Assembly (NCBI GenBank): GCA_050248855.1
Contig: JBFWRP010000004.1
Coordinates: 110,666 to 174,665, forward strand
Source of the DNA: Planctomycetota bacterium
Lineage (GTDB): Bacteria > Planctomycetota > PLA2 > JAEUHO01
DNA: 64,000 nt
Direction: 5' to 3'
The notes below the pieces were generated by a model that did no database searches, was not told the origin of the DNA, and saw only the letters and a program-made list of their open reading frames with translations. Position numbers and translations under genes: made by a program. Position 1 is the first letter of the stretch. The number at the start of each line of letters is the position of its first letter. Positions 58,837-64,000 of this stretch are shown here, piece after piece.

Positions 58837-59682
58837 TCAGCGGTCCACGCGCGGGTCGCGCGGCAGGCGCAACACCACGACCTCGGTGATGCGATCCGGA
58901 TCGACCAGCGGGATCATCCGCAGCCGGGGCATGCCGTCGCGGTCGGCATCGGCGAGCTCCGCCACGCGACCGACGAGGAGCCCGGCGGGCATCTGCGGGT
59001 CCTGGTTGGCGGAGACGACGGGCGCACCCCGCTCGATGCGACCGTCGGCGGGCGTCCAGCGGACGAACTCGATCGCCAGCGCGTCGAGCCCGTCGATCGA
59101 CCCCTCGCGCCGCGTCCAGCCGCGCAGTCGCTGCCCCGTGGACGTGACGACGAAGACCTCGAGCCTGCTCTGCCGATCGCTCGCGAGCTGGGCGAGCGCC
59201 GAACCGGGCCACGCCACCTCGATGCGCCCGAGCAGCACGCCGTCGTAGACCACGGGCTGTCCACGCGCGATGCCCGCATCACTCCCCACGTCGAGCAGCA
59301 ACGAGCGGCGCCCCGGGGACGCGTCACGCGCGCGCAGCACGCGGGCGGACGTGAGCGAGGGAACCTGTTGCAGGCGATCGGCACCGAGCGTGGCGGCCAG
59401 CGCCCCGGCCTGCTGGAGCCGCTCGCGCAGGACGACGTTGTCGTACCAGAGGCGGAGCACCTCGCGATCGCGCGCGGCGACCAGCTCCCGGGGGGCGTCC
59501 TCGTCGCCGCGGGCACCCTCGCCTGCGAGCAGCCGCGGGTTGAGCGCGGGAACCTCGGCGAGCCAGTTGAGCACCTGCCCGACGGGCTTCTCGACGGGAT
59601 CCACGCCTCCCGGACGCAGCACCGGCAGCGCGAACCAGAGGACCAAGACGGCTCCCCAGGCGTGACGCTTGCGCAGGCGCAT
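58837..59682 (-). CDS. mreC: Rod shape-determining protein MreC
   Basis: LLDVGSDAGIARGQPVV..GVLLGRI, PAGLLVGRV; follows mreB. Confidence 0.85.
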   Translation of the reverse strand: MRLRKRHAWGAVLVLWFALPVLRPGGVDPVEKPVGQVLNWLAEVPALNPRLLAGEGARGDEDAPRELVAARDREVLRLWYDNVVLRERLQQAGALAATLGADRLQQVPSLTSARVLRARDASPGRRSLLLDVGSDAGIARGQPVVYDGVLLGRIEVAWPGSALAQLASDRQSRLEVFVVTSTGQRLRGWTRREGSIDGLDALAIEFVRWTPADGRIERGAPVVSANQDPQMPAGLLVGRVAELADADRDGMPRLRMIPLVDPDRITEVVVLRLPRDPRVDR

Positions 59683-59796
59683 CGGCTCTCTACCAGGGCT
59701 AGGGGGCCTTGACCGGACGGACCCCCAGGCGTAGTGCCATTCGACACCCCGGGGGGGACACGTCAAGCCCCCCCGCCAGCCCAGCCCGCCTGCCTG

Positions 59797-60849
59797 CTAG
59801 TCGTCGCTTTCGTCCATCGCGATCCGCAGGTCCTGGATCTTCTCCAAGAAGACCCCGGTGCCGCGCGCGACGGCCGTGAGGGGGTCCTCGGCGACGCGCA
59901 CGGGGAGGTCGATCTCCTCGGCGATCACCCGATCCAGCCCCCGCAGGAGCGATCCGCCGCCCGCCATGACCACGCCGCTGTCGACCAGGTCGGCGGCGAG
60001 CTCGGGAGGCGTGGCCTCGAGCGTGGTCTTGACGGTCTCCACGACGCCGCGCACGGGCTCCTGCAGCGCCTCGCGGATCTCCTCGCTGGTGACGACGACC
60101 TTGCGCGGCAGACCCTTCTTCAGGTCGCGGCCGCGCACGTCCATGGTCATCTCGCGCTTGAGCGGATACGCCGAACCGATGCCGATCTTGACCTTCTCGG
60201 CCGTCTGCTCGCCGATGAGCAGGTTGTAGGTGTTGCGCATGTGCTCGACGATGGCCGCGTCCATCGCATCGCCGGCCACGCGCATGGAGCGCGCCTCCAC
60301 GATGCCGGCCAGCGAGATCACGGCCACCTCCGTCGTGCCGCCGCCGATGTCGACGATCATGCTGGCCTGCGGCTCGGTGATGGGCAGGCCCACGCCGATG
60401 CCGGCCGCCATGGGCTCCTCGATGAGGTAGACCTTGCGAGCACCGGCCCGCTCCGCGGAGTTGATGACCGCGCGGCGCTCCACGGGCGTGATGCCGTAGG
60501 GGATCGCGATCACCACGCGCGGATGAACGGCCCAGGTGCGGTCGTGCACCTTGTGGATGAAGTAGCGGAGCATCGCCTCGGTGATCTCGAAATCGGCGAT
60601 GACGCCGTCCTTCAGCGGACGGATGGCCACGATGTTGCCCGGGGTCTTGCCGAGCATCTCCTTGGCGGTGTCACCGACCGCCCGCCCCTCGAGCAGCACC
60701 TTGCTCGTGCCCTTCTTGACGGCGACGACGCTGGGCTCGTTGAGGATGATGCCGCGCCCCTGGACGCAAACCAGGGTGTTGGCCGTGCCCAGGTCGATCC
60801 CCATGTCGACCGAGAACTTGCCGATGAGCCACTCGAGGAGCTTGGGCAT
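59797..60849 (-). CDS. mreB: Actin-like rod shape-determining protein MreB
   Basis: IDLGTANT, NEPSVVA, RPLKDGVIADF, DIGGGTTE, GGGSLL. Confidence 0.98.
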   Translation of the reverse strand: MPKLLEWLIGKFSVDMGIDLGTANTLVCVQGRGIILNEPSVVAVKKGTSKVLLEGRAVGDTAKEMLGKTPGNIVAIRPLKDGVIADFEITEAMLRYFIHKVHDRTWAVHPRVVIAIPYGITPVERRAVINSAERAGARKVYLIEEPMAAGIGVGLPITEPQASMIVDIGGGTTEVAVISLAGIVEARSMRVAGDAMDAAIVEHMRNTYNLLIGEQTAEKVKIGIGSAYPLKREMTMDVRGRDLKKGLPRKVVVTSEEIREALQEPVRGVVETVKTTLEATPPELAADLVDSGVVMAGGGSLLRGLDRVIAEEIDLPVRVAEDPLTAVARGTGVFLEKIQDLRIAMDESDD

Positions 60850-60986
60850 GTGCGACCTGTCACCGCCCTCACCGCCGCGCGCCGGCCGGGGTACGGCCCC
60901 GCTGTTCTACCCGCGTGTGGCGACGGCGCGACCCGGGACGGGCGGCCGCTTGCCGAGGGTCAGGTCGCGCCCGGACGAGCGGGCGG

Positions 60987-61175
60987 CTAGCTGCCGCCGA
61001 CGAGCGGCTGGCTCTTGTCCGCGAACATGCCTGCGCCGTAGTGGTCCTTGAGGGCCTTCTGGGCCAGGAACACCGACAGCGCGAGCAGGACGAACGTGAT
61101 GTAGACCAGCGCGTTGCCCAGGCCCTCCTTGGGGGCCGTGGTCTCGTCGTGGTCCTCGTAGATGTCGCGTGCCAT
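60987..61175 (-). CDS. Small (62 aa) single-TM protein
   Basis: GGAG SD; acidic N-terminus then one TM; GC3-biased codons. Confidence 0.65.
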   Translation of the reverse strand: MARDIYEDHDETTAPKEGLGNALVYITFVLLALSVFLAQKALKDHYGAGMFADKSQPLVGGS

Positions 61176-61274
61176 GGGTCTCTCTCCGCGGGGCGCCGGA
61201 TCTGTCGGGTCAGGGAGGCCACGGGCCGGGGCGACGGGTCCGCCCGCCGCCCCTACCCCGCGCTCGCCTGGCGA

Positions 61275-61342
61275 GCATGCCTTCTAGCGGGCATGCCTTT
61301 CAGCGGGCATGCCTTTCAGCGGGCATGCCTTCTAGCGTGCAT
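61275..61342. repeat. Tandem repeat, 4 x 16 bp GCATGCCTT(CT/TC)AGCGG
   Basis: Units at 61275, 61291, 61307 and 61323 plus a partial GCAT; overlaps the stop of the 61332-62171 gene. Confidence 0.93.
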
Positions 61343-62171
61343 TGTGGATGTCGTCGCCGGACTGGATCGGCCCCTTGGCATCACCGACGATGAAGCCGGA
61401 GGACTGCTTGGCCTGGACGTCGTCGATCTGGAGATCGCCGAGGTACGTGCTGCCGCGCGAGATCATGTAGAGGAAGCCGGGGCGGACACCGTCCTCGGCA
61501 CCCAGCGAGATCACGATGGCCCGCGGGCCAGCCACGTTCAGGACCTTGCCGCTGTGCGGGGGCTGCGAGGCGACCTCGACGCCGGGGAACCGCTCGCGGA
61601 ACACGCGCAGCGAGAACTCCTGGGCGCGGATCTTCTCGTTGGCGTCCTCGAGCTTGCTCTCGAGGTCCTTGATCTGGGCCTGGGCCCGATCCAGCGCCAG
61701 CTCCTTGGCGTTCAGGATCTGGGTGCCCTGGTTGCGGCTCTCCTGGAGCGAGGCGATCTGCTCACGCTGCGTGGACATCGTCTCCTGCTGCGTGGTGATC
61801 AGGTCGCGGTTGGCGTTGAGCGTGTTCGCCATGCGATCCACGGTCCGCGCCATCACGCTGTGGTTCTCGGCGAGCGTGTTGTAGGCGGCCTGCAGCTGCT
61901 GGTTCTCGCTGAGCAGGCGGCCGTTCTCGGTCTCGGCCTTGGCCTTGGCCGCGTTGGCCGAGCGCAAGTTCGAGTCCGCATTGCGGAGATCGTTCTTGGT
62001 CGAGTCCAGCTGCTCGTTGAGGTCTGCCCGAACACGATCGGCGTCTGCGACGGCCTTGTCGTGCTTGGACTTCCAGGTGTCCTGCTGACCGAGGATGCTC
62101 CCGATGCTCGCGAGGAACCCGACTGCAAGCAGCAGGTTCACGACGACGAGGATCTTGGCGAGGGTGCTCAT
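61332..62171 (-). CDS. Membrane-anchored long coiled-coil protein with C-terminal beta domain
   Basis: N-terminal TM; ~170 aa heptad region; ISLGAEDGVRPG...RG..YLG. Confidence 0.8.
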   Translation of the reverse strand: MSTLAKILVVVNLLLAVGFLASIGSILGQQDTWKSKHDKAVADADRVRADLNEQLDSTKNDLRNADSNLRSANAAKAKAETENGRLLSENQQLQAAYNTLAENHSVMARTVDRMANTLNANRDLITTQQETMSTQREQIASLQESRNQGTQILNAKELALDRAQAQIKDLESKLEDANEKIRAQEFSLRVFRERFPGVEVASQPPHSGKVLNVAGPRAIVISLGAEDGVRPGFLYMISRGSTYLGDLQIDDVQAKQSSGFIVGDAKGPIQSGDDIHNAR

Positions 62172-62449
62172 GCGACGTCTCCCTGACCGACCCCCTCCCG
62201 AGGGGTCCGCCTCCCTGTGGCCCGCATCCTACCCGGAACGGACCGACTGCCAGCCCTGTCTTGGCGGCCTTGAACGGCCTCCAGCCCACGCCGGCGCGCC
62301 GACACGACCTCCCTGCCTCGGAGGCGTGCCGTCGGTGCGCGGGGGTTGTCCCAAGGCCGCGTAGCGGAGTCAAACGTTTTCGTTCCGTCACGGGCGGGAT
62401 CGGGGGAGCGGAGGGCGCCGCGGCGATCGCCGCTGGTCAAACGCGCTTA

Positions 62450-64000
62450 CTAGGAGCGAACGCCGCGTCTCCAAGCCCCGAGGGCCAGGAGCAGGAGGCC
62501 CGCAGCAAACCAGACCAGGTCCCCCATCCGCACGTAGGGCGTCCGCTCCGGGTCGGCCACGAGCGGGCCCGTGGCCCAGCCCTCGACGAAGGTGGTGGCC
62601 AAGGCCCCCGCGGGAGCTGCCTGGGGGTCCACGCCACGCCGGTAGAAGCGCCCGTAGAGGCGGCCGACCGGGTCCACGAACACCGTCGGACCCGTGTTGC
62701 CGGCCATGACGACCGTCGTGCGCGTCTCCGCCGCGCGCAGCCTCGCCAGGGCCAGCACCTGGGCGCGGAAGTCGCTCTGCCCGAACCACCCGTAGTTGGC
62801 CGGGTTCAGCAGCACGTCGGCGCCGCGCTCCCGCCAGCCTCGGCAGGTGGCCGGGAACGCGAGGTCGAAGCAGATCACGGAGCCCACGTGCAACACCGCG
62901 TGGCCCGGTGGCCGCTCGCCGGTGATCCACGGGGGGCCCAGCTCCAGGCGAAACGGCGGCTGGTCGGGGTCGCCGGGCTCGAGCTCGGGGATGGCCGCCA
63001 CGAGGTCGCGCACCCTCTTCAGGAACGGCAGCATGCCGCCGAGCGGCGTGTACTCGCCGCCGGGCACGAGGTTGACCTTGTCGTGGCGCGCAACCGGCCC
63101 AGCCCAAGGGGGGCGCGCCTCGCCCACGGGCGGTCGCGGCAGCGGCTCCGTGGGCGGAGGCACGCGTGCCGGCCGGACGTGCACGAGGCTGTCGCGCTCG
63201 GGCAGCTCGGCGAGCGATCCGCGGGCGCGACCGTCCGGGTGCGGATGACGGGAGAGCACGCCGAGGAAGACGTCGAGGTCGCGGGCGCCGGTCACGTCGG
63301 TCTGCACGCGGCGTACGACGGACACCTCGTCGCGCCACGCGGGCGGGTAGCGCGCCTCCAGCCCCTCGGCGAGCCACGTCCACGGCACCATCGTCTCGGG
63401 CCAGAGCAGGCCCGCCAGCGGGTTGTCGCCTGCCGCCGCGAGGGCCTCGCTCGAGATCTCGAGGTGCCGATCGAAGAGCTCGTTGCGCGTCGGCCCTCCG
63501 GCGTTCTTCAAGGCCTGCGGGATGTTGGCCTGCACGGCCACGAAGTCGGCGTCCGACACGAACGCCTCGCCCGACGCGCGTCGCGCGTCGTGCCCTTCGC
63601 GGGCGGTGCGCGCCGCGAGCGCGAGCACGAACAGCGCGACGACGGGGACGAGCGCGCCCACGAGCACGCTGCGCGCCGCGCGACGACGGTCGGCGCCCTC
63701 GAAGCGGGCAAGACGGGCCGCCCCATACAGCAGCGCCGAGGTACTGCCCGCCACGAAGGTGAACGCATAGGCACCCACGAGCCCGGCCGCCGGGACGAGC
63801 GCGGCAAGGGCCTGGCCCGCCGGCGCCTCGCTGGCGAAAGCGAGGGAGCGCAGGGGCCACGGCATGCCGCCCATCCACACGGTGCGCAGCATCTCCTCGA
63901 ACACGGCCGCCACGCCGACGCCTGCGACGAAGGGCACGCGCAAGCGCGCCAGCAGGCGGATGGCCAGCCCGAACAGGAGGTACACGGGTCCGAGCACGAA
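62450..64000 (-). CDS. lnt: Apolipoprotein N-acyltransferase (5' end lies outside the window)
   Basis: VQANIPQ, LWPET, HDKVNLVPGGEY, VICFD, NYGWF, TPYVRMGD. Confidence 0.9.
   Translation of the reverse strand, partial: FVLGPVYLLFGLAIRLLARLRVPFVAGVGVAAVFEEMLRTVWMGGMPWPLRSLAFASEAPAGQALAALVPAAGLVGAYAFTFVAGSTSALLYGAARLARFEGADRRRAARSVLVGALVPVVALFVLALAARTAREGHDARRASGEAFVSDADFVAVQANIPQALKNAGGPTRNELFDRHLEISSEALAAAGDNPLAGLLWPETMVPWTWLAEGLEARYPPAWRDEVSVVRRVQTDVTGARDLDVFLGVLSRHPHPDGRARGSLAELPERDSLVHVRPARVPPPTEPLPRPPVGEARPPWAGPVARHDKVNLVPGGEYTPLGGMLPFLKRVRDLVAAIPELEPGDPDQPPFRLELGPPWITGERPPGHAVLHVGSVICFDLAFPATCRGWRERGADVLLNPANYGWFGQSDFRAQVLALARLRAAETRTTVVMAGNTGPTVFVDPVGRLYGRFYRRGVDPQAAPAGALATTFVEGWATGPLVADPERTPYVRMGDLVWFAAGLLLLALGAWRRGVRS

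Noticed and set aside
61275-61342. Possible mini-CRISPR array
   Set aside because: Units are contiguous 16-mers with no unique spacers, and there are no cas genes

Overview
This is a very GC-rich, gene-dense bacterial chromosomal segment made mostly of core genes. It carries valS (short archaeal-type), purF, nadK, ahcY, dxs, ispA, xseAB, ymdB, a pabB/trpE-family gene, xerC, tRNA-Glu(TTC), tsaD, an S41 protease, rimK, a livKHMGF operon, mreBCD-pbp2-rodA and a partial lnt. Accessory genes include DUF58, BatA and HEAT-VWA proteins, a MacB-type ABC system, a two-component system and a thiol-redox pair. The gene types suggest a Planctomycetota-like organism, but this is inference only. I found no CRISPR array, prophage or transposase. 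The most notable non-genic signals are: (1) a ~108-bp hairpin repeat in three intergenic copies with compensatory base changes; (2) a 4x16-bp tandem repeat that duplicates a stop codon into all three frames upstream of mreB; (3) recurrent TAnnnT-type hexamers 6-8 nt before start codons, suggesting leaderless mRNAs. Several enzyme homologues (HemC, HemY, rhomboid) look catalytically degenerate. All calls come from motif reading by eye; no database searches were run.
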